From positions 72,499 to 136,498 of the forward strand of contig CAWAHY010000003.1 of the NCBI GenBank assembly GCA_963782015.1: DNA of 64,000 nt, written 5' to 3'. Under the pieces are notes generated by a model. That model saw only the letters and a list, made by a program, of their open reading frames with translations, had not been told where the DNA came from and ran no database searches. A program made the position numbers and the translations under genes. Positions 24,222 through 31,804 of this stretch are shown here, in pieces (the stretch's first letter is position 1; each line of letters opens with the position of its first letter). The DNA comes from an uncultured Chloroflexia bacterium. GTDB taxonomy: Bacteria; Chloroflexota; Limnocylindria; QHBO01.

Positions 24222-24304
24222 CGTATAGGTGGTAGCGGCGTGTTGGTCGCCATCGGTCATGGCCCAGATGGGCCGTTTGTTGGCGTTGTCGCCTCGCACC
24301 TATA
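24222..24304. repeat. 83-nt structured inverted-repeat element in the ftsH upstream region
   Basis: Perfect 9-bp arms GTATAGGTG (24222-24230) and CACCTATAC (24296-24304) enclose three short hairpins: GGCG-tgttggt-CGCC, GGCC-cagatg-GGCC and GGCG-ttgt-CGCC. Confidence 0.4.
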
Positions 24305-24305
24305 C
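24276..24305 (+). promoter_or_regulatory. candidate promoter TTGTTG-N18-TATACT upstream of ftsH
   Basis: -35 at 24276-24281 and -10 TATACT at 24300-24305. This would give a ~90-nt leader before TTG 24395. It overlaps the 3' arm of the inverted repeat. Confidence 0.3.
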
Positions 24306-24394
24306 TTGCCACGCCTGCGCGGTGGCACAGGCAGGCCCCCGATGCGCACGCGCAGCAGAGGCCGATCCCGCACCGGAGGCTAGAAGAGATCAAC

Positions 24395-26341
24395 TTGAGC
24401 AGCCGTCTCGTCCGTAACAGCGTCGTCCTGGTGGTGCTTGCCGTCTTCGGACTGGCACTTCTCTGGACCTACTTCGTCGACAGCCCCGAAACAGCCCCCT
24501 ACACCTACAGCCAGCTCCTCAAGGACGCGGCGGCAGGGAAGGTCAAGGAGGTCGTCCAGGACGGCACCCGGCTGCAGGTCAAGCTCCTGAACACGCCGAC
24601 CGCACTCGCCGTGGTCGTGCCATCCTCCTTCGTCAACGTCCGGGCGGAGGTCTGCGCCGCGGCCGGGGCGCCGGACCCGGGCAACTGCTCGGTCACCTAC
24701 TCGGCGGTCGAGGAGAGCGCCGCCGGCTCGCTCATCGTCCAGATCCTCTTCTCGCTGCTGCCCGTCCTCCTGATCGTGGGCGTCTTCTTCTTCTTCATGC
24801 GCCAGGCGCAGGGGACCAACAACCAGGCGATGAGCTTCGGCAAGAGCCGCGCCCGGATGTTCCTCGGCAACAAGACGGTGATCACGTTCAACGACGTCGC
24901 GGGGGTCGACGAGGCCAAGCAGGAGCTGACCGAGGTGGTCGAGTTCCTCAAGTACCCCGAGAAGTTCAACTCCCTCGGCGCCCGGATCCCACGGGGCGTG
25001 CTGCTGGTCGGCCCGCCCGGAACCGGCAAGACCCTGCTCGCCCGCGCGGTCGCCGGCGAGGCGGGGGTCCCCTTCTTCAGCATCTCTGGCTCGGAGTTCG
25101 TGGAGATGTTCGTGGGGGTCGGCGCGTCCCGCGTCCGCGACCTCTTCGAGCAGGCCAAGCGCAACTCCCCGTGCATCGTCTTTGTCGACGAGATCGACGC
25201 GGTCGGACGCCAGCGCGGCGCCGGCCTGGGCGGCAGCCATGACGAGCGCGAGCAGACCCTGAACCAGATCCTGGTCGAGATGGATGGCTTCGACACGAAC
25301 ACCAACGTGATCGTGGTGGCGGCCACCAACCGGCCCGATGTCCTCGACCCCGCGCTGCTGCGCCCGGGCCGCTTCGACCGCCAGGTGGTGCTCGATCGGC
25401 CGGACATCAAGGGACGGCGCGAGATCCTGAACGTCCACATCAAGGGCAAGCCGCTCGACAAGACGGTCGACCTCGACGAGCTGGCGCGTCGGACACCTGG
25501 CTTCTCCGGGGCCGACCTTGCCAACCTCGTCAACGAGGCGGCCATCCTGGCCGCTCGCCACAACAAGAAGTCGGTCGCACCGGGCGACTTCAATGAGGCG
25601 ATCGACCGCGTGGTGGCCGGGCCTGAGCGGCGCAGCCGCCTGATCACGCCCGAGGAGAAGACGATCATCGCCTACCACGAGGGCGGGCACGCCGTGGTGC
25701 AGCGGGTGCTGCCGAAGTGCGACCCGGTCAGCAAGGTGACGATCGTGAGCCGCGGCATGGCGCTCGGGTACACCATGAGCCTGCCGTCGGAGGACCGATA
25801 CCTCCACTCCAAGACCGAGTTCGAGGACAAGATCGCGGGAATGCTCGGTGGCCACGTGGCCGAGGAGCTGGTCTTCGGTGACACGACGACCGGTGCCAGC
25901 AACGACATCGAGAAGGCCACCGGCCTGGCTCGCGCGATGGTCACGCAATACGGGATGAGCGAGAAGCTCGGACCGCTCTCCTTCGGCAAGAAGGACGAGA
26001 TGATCTTCCTCGGCCGCGAGATCAGCGAGCAGCGCAACTATTCGGACGAGGTGGCCGCCAAGATCGACGCAGAGGTGCGCGAGATCATCGACCGCGCCTA
26101 CCAGCGCGCCAAGGAGGCGCTGACCTCACAGCGGGAGGTGCTCGACAAGCTGGCCGACCTGCTCATCGAGAAGGAGACCATCGAGGCGGAGGAGTTCGAG
26201 GCGCTCTTCGCCGGCGTCCTCCCGCCGCGTGGCTCCTCCGGCCCGACGCCGCGTCGTGTGGGTGAGGTGCCGGCCGACGAGACGCCGGTGGTCGCTCCGC
26301 GCCCGAAGCGTCGGGGAAAGCCCGCTCCACAGCCCGCCTGA
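24395..26341 (+). CDS. ftsH: ATP-dependent zinc metalloprotease FtsH
   Basis: 648 aa, TTG start. Two N-terminal TM helices, AAA+ Walker [19 protein letters not shown], Walker [13 protein letters not shown] region, zinc site HEGGHAV. Confidence 0.95.
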   Translation: MSSRLVRNSVVLVVLAVFGLALLWTYFVDSPETAPYTYSQLLKDAAAGKVKEVVQDGTRLQVKLLNTPTALAVVVPSSFVNVRAEVCAAAGAPDPGNCSVTYSAVEESAAGSLIVQILFSLLPVLLIVGVFFFFMRQAQGTNNQAMSFGKSRARMFLGNKTVITFNDVAGVDEAKQELTEVVEFLKYPEKFNSLGARIPRGVLLVGPPGTGKTLLARAVAGEAGVPFFSISGSEFVEMFVGVGASRVRDLFEQAKRNSPCIVFVDEIDAVGRQRGAGLGGSHDEREQTLNQILVEMDGFDTNTNVIVVAATNRPDVLDPALLRPGRFDRQVVLDRPDIKGRREILNVHIKGKPLDKTVDLDELARRTPGFSGADLANLVNEAAILAARHNKKSVAPGDFNEAIDRVVAGPERRSRLITPEEKTIIAYHEGGHAVVQRVLPKCDPVSKVTIVSRGMALGYTMSLPSEDRYLHSKTEFEDKIAGMLGGHVAEELVFGDTTTGASNDIEKATGLARAMVTQYGMSEKLGPLSFGKKDEMIFLGREISEQRNYSDEVAAKIDAEVREIIDRAYQRAKEALTSQREVLDKLADLLIEKETIEAEEFEALFAGVLPPRGSSGPTPRRVGEVPADETPVVAPRPKRRGKPAPQPA

Positions 26342-26386
26342 GCGCGAATCGCCGGCGGTACCGGGCCGCCCCAGCGATCGGTCCCA

Positions 26387-27586
26387 TTGACCTGCGCCCG
26401 CCGGCCGCCGAGGCTGGCGGGCGTGCCTCGTCCCCGACGGACCCTCCTCGCGGGATCTGCCCTGCTCCTCGCCGGGCTGGTGCTGCTGGTCGCCTTCTCC
26501 GGTCCGGCGACGCCGGGCGCGGGTCTGACGGCCTCCACCCAGACCGCCTCGCAGGAGGGTGGCCCCGCGACGAGCGGTGACGGGGGCGCATCTCTCCCCG
26601 GCGCCGTCGGCAGCAGCGGGCCGGGAACTGCGTCGGTGGCGACGCCGACCTCGGCGCCGGCGGCAACGCCCGGCCTCGATCCGCAGCCGACCGCCGCTCC
26701 GACGCCGATGGCCACGCCCGTGCCGACCACCGTCCCCACCGCGGTTCCAACCGCGGCCAGCACCCCCGGCCCCGCCGGTCCGTGTCCCGTCTTCCCCTCC
26801 TCGAACGTCTGGAACCGTGACATCTCGGGCCTGCCGGTGGCCGCCAACTCGGCGACCCTGATCGCCTCCATCGGGCTCGGCGCCAACCTCCATCCGGACT
26901 TCAGCGCGACCGGCTACGGGATCCCGATCAACGTCGTCGGTCCCTCCACGCCGCACGTGGCGGTGAGCTTCCAGTACGACGACGAATCCGACCCCGGGCC
27001 GTATCCGATCCCGGCCAGCCCGCTGATCGAGGGCGGCAGCGACCGCCACATCCTCCTGTGGGACAAGACCGCCTGCATGCTCTATGAGCTGTTCGCCGCA
27101 GCGAAGAGCGGGGGAGCCTGGCACGCCGGATCGGGGGCGATCTGGGACCTGCGCTCGAACGCGCTGCGGCCCGACGGCTGGACCAGTGCGGACGCCGCCG
27201 GACTGCCGATCCTGCCCGGCCTGGTCCGCTGGGACGAGGTCAAGGCCGGGGCGATCCACCACGCCCTCCGCTTCACCGCGCCCGACACCCGGACGTCGCA
27301 CATCTTCCCGGCTCGGCATGACGCCGGCGCGAGCGGCTCATCGGCGCTCCCACCGATGGGGACCCGGGTCCGCCTGAAGGCATCGGTCGACATCAGTGCC
27401 TTCGGCCCGCAGTCCCGCGTCCTGCTGGAGGCCCTGCAGCGGTATGGCATGATCCTCGCCGACAACGGGTCGCCGTGGTACGTCACCGGGGCGCCGGATC
27501 CGCATTGGGACGACGACGAGCTGCACGCCCTGGGACAGCTCAGCGGATCCGACTTCGAGGTGGTCGACACGAGCAGCCTGCATTGA
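26387..27586 (+). CDS. secreted or membrane-anchored protein with Pro/Thr/Ala linker and a conserved ~270-aa domain of unknown function
   Basis: 399 aa. N-terminal anchor (LLAGSALLLAGLVLLVAF), low-complexity PTA linker, then a globular part with conserved-looking blocks (CPVFPSSNVWN, LHPDF, DRHILLWD, GWTSADAAGLPILPG, HALRFT, ILADNGSPWY). No family name recognised. Confidence 0.65.
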   Translation: MTCARRPPRLAGVPRPRRTLLAGSALLLAGLVLLVAFSGPATPGAGLTASTQTASQEGGPATSGDGGASLPGAVGSSGPGTASVATPTSAPAATPGLDPQPTAAPTPMATPVPTTVPTAVPTAASTPGPAGPCPVFPSSNVWNRDISGLPVAANSATLIASIGLGANLHPDFSATGYGIPINVVGPSTPHVAVSFQYDDESDPGPYPIPASPLIEGGSDRHILLWDKTACMLYELFAAAKSGGAWHAGSGAIWDLRSNALRPDGWTSADAAGLPILPGLVRWDEVKAGAIHHALRFTAPDTRTSHIFPARHDAGASGSSALPPMGTRVRLKASVDISAFGPQSRVLLEALQRYGMILADNGSPWYVTGAPDPHWDDDELHALGQLSGSDFEVVDTSSLH

Positions 27587-27610
27587 TCCCGGAATAGCCC
27601 ATTCGGACCA

Positions 27611-27639
27611 TTCCGAGCGTGGAAACCGGGTCGTATACT
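27611..27639 (+). promoter_or_regulatory. candidate promoter TTCCGA-N17-TATACT upstream of the DnaB-like gene
   Basis: -35 at 27611-27616 and -10 at 27634-27639, in a locally AT-richer 114-nt intergenic region. It is followed by a 10-codon uORF (27654-27686). Confidence 0.35.
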
Positions 27640-27700
27640 CGCCCTCGTTGCGCATGGGCACCATGCGCGGACAGCTCGTGTTGTAGGAGCCGCGGCACCG

Positions 27701-28795
27701 ATGATTGAGGATTCGACCACCGATCCACTGGCCGATCTCGAGCCAGCGGCCGCGGATTGGCGCGTGGATGCCGGCGCCGGGGCGCTCGCCCCGCGTTCCG
27801 CGCTCGACGTCCTGACCAACCTGAACGAGCGGATCGCATCGGGCAAGGTCGACGAGTTCCAGCCCATCGCGACCGGCTTCGTGCCGCTCGACAAGACGAT
27901 CGGCGGCGGGCTTCGCCCCGGCGAGCTGATGCTGATCGGTGGCGCGCAGGGCGCCGGCAAGACGACGATGGCGCTCCAGATGGCCCGCAACATGGCGGCC
28001 TCCGGCCAGGCGACCGCGCTCTACGTCTGCTTCGAGCACGAGGAGGAGTACCTCATCCAGCGGCTGATCGCCATGGAGTCGGCGCTCGCCCACCTGCCGG
28101 CCAAGTCCGGCGCCGTGAAGATCCAGGACGTCAAGAAGGAGGTCATGCAGAGCTACGCCGCCGCCGTGGAGGCGGGCCAGCGCGCCAAGCTCGGGACCAA
28201 CCCTCGCCTGCGCCCGTCGCTCGAGCGGATCGCCCGCTACGGCAGCAACCTGTACCTCATGCGCGGGACCGCCACCGGCTCGACCGTGGACAACCTGCGC
28301 ACCCTCGTCGCCGAGCACCGGGGACCAGAGGGGAAGCGCCTCGTCCTCTTCGTCGACTACCTCCAGAAGGTGCCGGTCATCCCCGAGCCCGCGCAGGAGG
28401 AGGAGAAGGTCACCCGCATCGTGGGCGGGCTCAAGGACATCGCCCTCTCCCTTGAGATCCCGGTGGTCGCCATCGTCGCGGCGGACCGCGAGGGCCTCAA
28501 GGCCAAGCGCCTGCGCAACCACCACCTGCGCGGCAGCAGCGCCATCAACTACGAGAGCGACATCATCCTGATCCTGAACGACAAGTACCACATTGTCGCG
28601 AAGGTCAATATCGAGTTCAACCCGTACCAGGCGCAGCGCTACCGCGACTGGGTCATCGCCACTGTCGAGAAGAACCGGGGCGGACAGGACAACGTCGACC
28701 TGGAGTACGAGAAGCTGTTCGAGTTCAGCTGCTTCGATCCAACCGGGCGCGTCACCGCCGAGAAGCTGGTCGAGGAGCGGCTCTACAACGAATGA
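27701..28795 (+). CDS. DnaB-helicase C-terminal-domain (RecA-fold) ATPase lacking the DnaB N-terminal domain
   Basis: 364 aa. AGGAG lies 11 nt upstream. Blocks IATGFVPLDKTIGGGLRPGELMLIGGAQGAGKTTMALQMA (Walker A), LVLFVDYLQKV (Walker B), GLKDIALSLEIPVVAIV and HLRGSSAINYESDIILIL parallel DnaB motifs H1-H4. Only ~60 aa precede the ATPase core. Confidence 0.75.
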   Translation: MIEDSTTDPLADLEPAAADWRVDAGAGALAPRSALDVLTNLNERIASGKVDEFQPIATGFVPLDKTIGGGLRPGELMLIGGAQGAGKTTMALQMARNMAASGQATALYVCFEHEEEYLIQRLIAMESALAHLPAKSGAVKIQDVKKEVMQSYAAAVEAGQRAKLGTNPRLRPSLERIARYGSNLYLMRGTATGSTVDNLRTLVAEHRGPEGKRLVLFVDYLQKVPVIPEPAQEEEKVTRIVGGLKDIALSLEIPVVAIVAADREGLKAKRLRNHHLRGSSAINYESDIILILNDKYHIVAKVNIEFNPYQAQRYRDWVIATVEKNRGGQDNVDLEYEKLFEFSCFDPTGRVTAEKLVEERLYNE

Positions 28796-28808
28796 CGGGG
28801 CGGCCATC

Positions 28809-29255
28809 GTGGGCGTGACCGACCCATACAAGGTGCTCCAGGTGCTGCCGACGGCAGACCAGGAGGTGGTGCGCGCGGCATTCCGGGCGCTCGCCTTGAA
28901 GTACCACCCCGATCACGACTCGTCGACGCGCGCCTCGCGGCGGATGATCGAGCTCAACGAGGCGTACGCCATGGTGCGCGACCCGGAGGCCCGGGCCCAG
29001 CTGGACCGGGGGCGCCTGCGCAAGTACGACTACGAGACGACCCCCAGCCGCAGCGAGTCGACGACACCGCCACCGCCGCGGGCCAGCAGCGCCGGCACCC
29101 AGCTCGACCAGGGCCGCTACGCCGGCTGGACGCTCCGCGACGTCGCGGCGCACGACCCCGACTACCTGCGCTGGCTGTCGCGGCACTCCTCCGGGCTCCG
29201 GTATCGGAGCGAGATCGCCCGCCTGCTGGCCGGCAAGGGCGCCCCGGCCGGGTGA
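28809..29255 (+). CDS. J-domain (DnaJ-like) protein with DUF3820/ExoX-C-like C-terminal motif
   Basis: GTG 28809 (or 28815), in the frame of ORF 28593... J domain DPYKVLQVLPTADQEVVRAAFRALALKYHPDHD...LNEAYAMVRDPEARAQLD (HPD present). C-terminus GRYAGWTLRDVAAHDPDYLRWLSRH resembles the G(K)Y.G.tl.dv...YL.WL motif of DUF3820 and the exonuclease X C-terminus (from memory). Confidence 0.7.
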   Translation: MGVTDPYKVLQVLPTADQEVVRAAFRALALKYHPDHDSSTRASRRMIELNEAYAMVRDPEARAQLDRGRLRKYDYETTPSRSESTTPPPPRASSAGTQLDQGRYAGWTLRDVAAHDPDYLRWLSRHSSGLRYRSEIARLLAGKGAPAG

Positions 29256-29299
29256 CCGTCGCCCCCGTCGGCAGCGGGGCGGCGACCCGCTCGACGCGG

Positions 29300-29305
29300 T
29301 AGGCT
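29300..29305 (+). promoter_or_regulatory. -10-like hexamer TAGGCT, 8 nt upstream of ATG 29314
   Basis: gcggTAGGCTtgaggccgATG, with no SD in the gap. Confidence 0.3.
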
Positions 29306-29313
29306 TGAGGCCG

Positions 29314-30069
29314 ATGACTGACACTCCGCCGACGGCGCCGCTGCGCGCCGTCTTCCTCGACATCGGCGACACCGTGATGCGCCCGAACCCTTCCTGGGAA
29401 CACGTCTACGCCATCGCCTTCGAGGAGTACGGCATCGAGGTCGAGGTCGAGGCGCTGCATGCGGCGCTGCGACGGGCCTACCATCACGGCGGGTTTGGCT
29501 TCGACGCCGCCTTCGAGGCGAGCGAGGCGACCTCGTTCGCACGCACCATGGAGATCGACCGCGCGGCGCTCGAGGACCTTGGCGTCGAACCGATGCCGGA
29601 GTCGTTCTTCCGGCGCCTCTCGGAGCTCTTCATGGTGACCTCGAACTGGCACGTCTTCCCCGATGCGGCGCCCGCGCTGCAGGCGCTCCGCGCGCGCGGG
29701 CTCGTGGTGGGGGCCGTCAGCAACTGGGTCTGGCAGCTGCCTGAGCTCCTCCACGCGCTCGACCTGGTGAGCCACTTCGACCTCATCGCCGCCAGCTCGC
29801 GGATCGGCTTCGAGAAGCCGCACCCCGGGATCTTCCAGTGGGCCCTCGAGCAGGCGGGGGTGCAGCCGAGCGAAGCGATCCACGTCGGCGATCACCTCGA
29901 CGCGGATGTCGAGGGGGCCCGCCGCGCGGGCATCCAGCCGGTCCTCATCGATCGCCGCAACCGCTTCGCGGCTGCTGACGTGCCGGAGGCGACGCCGCTG
30001 ATCCGCAGCCTGGCCGAGCTGATCCCGATCGTCGATGCCAGGCTCCCGGCCCGGGTGGCCAGCCGATGA
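29314..30069 (+). CDS. HAD-superfamily hydrolase, subfamily IA (REG-2/HDHD3-like motif I)
   Basis: Motif I VFLDIGDTV (D-x-x-D-T variant), motif III/IV ...EKPHPGIF...VGDHLDADVEGARRAGI. Start ATG 29314; the track ORF begins at TTG 29305. Confidence 0.8.
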   Translation: MTDTPPTAPLRAVFLDIGDTVMRPNPSWEHVYAIAFEEYGIEVEVEALHAALRRAYHHGGFGFDAAFEASEATSFARTMEIDRAALEDLGVEPMPESFFRRLSELFMVTSNWHVFPDAAPALQALRARGLVVGAVSNWVWQLPELLHALDLVSHFDLIAASSRIGFEKPHPGIFQWALEQAGVQPSEAIHVGDHLDADVEGARRAGIQPVLIDRRNRFAAADVPEATPLIRSLAELIPIVDARLPARVASR

Positions 30070-30662
30070 GCGGCGAGGAGTGGCGCTGCTTCGTCGGCGT
30101 CCCGATCGGTGAGCCGCTGGGCGGCCAGCTGCGCAGCGCCGTCGCGCCGCTGCGCGCCGCCGTGTCGGCCGAGGCCGACGACCTGCGCTGGATCGACCCT
30201 GCGGCCTGGCACCTGACGCTCGCCTTCCTGGGGCCGACGGTCACCGGGGAGGTCCCGCGCCTGATCGAGGCGCTCGGCCAGGTCGCCTCTGACCACGCCC
30301 CATTCGCGATCCCCACCGGTGGCCTGGGAGCGTTCCCGTCGCGGCGCGACGTGCGGATCCTGTGGTTCGGCCTCGCCGACCGCTCACGGCGCCTCGCCGA
30401 GCTGGCGGTGGCCGTACGGATCGCCGTCGGCTGCGAGACCGCCTCACCGTTCCGGGCGCACCTGACCCTGGCGCGGGCCCACGGCGATCGCGGCGTCGCC
30501 GTCCCCGACGCCACCTGGAAGATGCCCATGCCGGCCGGACAGATGCCGGTCGAAGAGCTGGTCCTGTACCGGAGCCACACCGCCAAGGGACCCGCGCACT
30601 ACGAGATCCTGGCCACCGCGCCCCTTGGCCTGACCCTGGCTGGATCGCGGGCGGCGTCATGA
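30066..30662 (+). CDS. thpR: RNA 2',3'-cyclic phosphodiesterase (2H phosphoesterase, ThpR/LigT family)
   Basis: 198 aa. Two H-x-T-x motifs (WHLTLAFLG and AHLTLARA). ATGA overlap with the upstream HAD gene. Confidence 0.85.
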   Translation: MSGEEWRCFVGVPIGEPLGGQLRSAVAPLRAAVSAEADDLRWIDPAAWHLTLAFLGPTVTGEVPRLIEALGQVASDHAPFAIPTGGLGAFPSRRDVRILWFGLADRSRRLAELAVAVRIAVGCETASPFRAHLTLARAHGDRGVAVPDATWKMPMPAGQMPVEELVLYRSHTAKGPAHYEILATAPLGLTLAGSRAAS

Positions 30663-31189
30663 GCCAGCCGCCCGCGCGGGAGCGACCGCCCCACGTGGCG
30701 GTGATCGGCGACGGGGATCCACGTGGCCCCGAGGCGCACCGCATCCTGGAGTGGGCCGAGGAGGTCGGGCAGCTGCTCGCCCGCGGCGGGGCGGTGGTGA
30801 TCACCGGCGGCCTGGGCGGGGTGATGCGGGCGGCCTCGCGCGGCGCCCACGGGGCGGGCGGGATGACCATCGGGATCTTGCCCGGCACCGATCCGGCGGA
30901 GGCCAACGAATTCGTGACCCTGCCGATCGCCACCGGGCTGGGGGTCGTGCGCAACCTGGTGGTGGTCACCGCCGCCGACGCGGTGGTGGCGGTCGGGGGG
31001 CGGCACGGGACCCTGTCGGAGATCGGCATGGCGCTGCGGATGGGGCGCCAGGTGGTGACGCTCAGCTCGTGGCGGGTCGAGTCCGACTACCGCATCGGTG
31101 GGCCGCGGGTCCATCGCGCGCGCGATCCGCGCGAGGCATCGGCCATGGCGCTGCGCATGGCCGCCATCGGGCCGGACCTGCCGGCCTGA
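30659..31189 (+). CDS. TIGR00725-family LOG-like (SLOG superfamily) protein
   Basis: Start at ATG 30659 (ATGA overlap with thpR). VAVIGDGD..., VITGGLGGVMRAASRGA, GMTIGILPG, IATGLGVVRNLVVV, VAVGGRHGTLSEIGMAL match the TIGR00725/LOG Rossmann pattern. Confidence 0.75.
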   Translation: MSQPPARERPPHVAVIGDGDPRGPEAHRILEWAEEVGQLLARGGAVVITGGLGGVMRAASRGAHGAGGMTIGILPGTDPAEANEFVTLPIATGLGVVRNLVVVTAADAVVAVGGRHGTLSEIGMALRMGRQVVTLSSWRVESDYRIGGPRVHRARDPREASAMALRMAAIGPDLPA

Positions 31190-31198
31190 GCCGCGGGG

Positions 31199-31789
31199 GT
31201 GGAGGCGGTCGAGCGGGTCCTGGTCCTGCCGCGCGATCACGTTCCCGGCGGGTGCGACTTCAACGGGATTCGGCCCGCCGGCGAGGCCGATCTCGACGAG
31301 CTGCGCGCCGCGGTGTCGAGGTTCGGCCGGTTCCTGGACCGCCCGATCGCCGAGGCCGACCCCGCCTTCAAGCAGCTGATCCCATACGTCGTGGTGAGGA
31401 GCGAGACGCTCGTCTTCCTGATGGAGCGCACCGCCCGGGGCGGTGACCCCCGGCTGCACCACAAGGCGAGCGTCGGGGTCGGCGGCCACCTCAACCCGGT
31501 GGACGATGGAGCCGACCCCCTTGCCGCGGGCCTTCGGCGAGAGTGGGCCGAAGAGCTCGAGGCCGACTGGGAGCCGGAGTTTCGCCTGGTCGGCCTCCTG
31601 AACGACGACTCGAACCCGGTCGGATCGGTCCACCTCGGCGTCGTCTTCCTGGTCGAGGCCGCCGGTCGCCTGGTCGCCGTGCGCGAACGCGAGAAGCTCA
31701 GCGCGCGGATGGCGGACGCGGCCGAGCTGCTGGAGGCCCGGGAGCGGATGGAGTCCTGGTCCCGCCTGGTGGTGGATCACCTGGGCTGA
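31199..31789 (+). CDS. Nudix-fold phosphoesterase (COG4112-like)
   Basis: 196 aa, GTG start 9 nt after the previous stop. KQLIPYVVV...VGVGGHLNPVDDGADPLAAGLRREWAEELEA is a degenerate Nudix box (GG-x-...-RE-x-x-EE). It is followed by VHLGVVFLV. Confidence 0.65.
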   Translation: MEAVERVLVLPRDHVPGGCDFNGIRPAGEADLDELRAAVSRFGRFLDRPIAEADPAFKQLIPYVVVRSETLVFLMERTARGGDPRLHHKASVGVGGHLNPVDDGADPLAAGLRREWAEELEADWEPEFRLVGLLNDDSNPVGSVHLGVVFLVEAAGRLVAVREREKLSARMADAAELLEARERMESWSRLVVDHLG

Positions 31790-31791
31790 CC

Positions 31792-31797
31792 TATACT
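31792..31797 (+). promoter_or_regulatory. -10-like hexamer TATACT, 7 nt upstream of ATG 31805
   Basis: gacCTATACTcgatcgcATG, within the 15-nt gap between the Nudix gene and nfeD. Confidence 0.4.
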
Positions 31798-31804
31798 CGA
31801 TCGC

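Noticed and set aside
24222-24304. Possibility that the cloverleaf-like element upstream of ftsH is a tRNA gene or pseudogene
   Set aside because: The closing stem is 9 bp and the loops are 7, 6 and 4 nt. There is no GTTCRANYC T-loop, no conserved D-loop GG, and no 7-nt anticodon loop with U33. The resemblance is in shape only.
24229-24417. 62-aa ORF in the ftsH upstream region
   Set aside because: It has no RBS or promoter in a sensible position. It overlaps the ftsH start, its composition looks non-coding (mixed third positions), and it is better explained as the structured intergenic element.
24380-25948. Minus-strand ORFs antisense to ftsH (24380-25948, 24697-25668). Analogous ORFs lie antisense to nfeD (30599-33346), comM (38782-40569), dprA (40170-41675) and rel (54765-56390).
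   Set aside because: The reasoning is the same. The sense-strand genes are unambiguous, and the antisense ORFs lack motifs and have repetitive charged composition.
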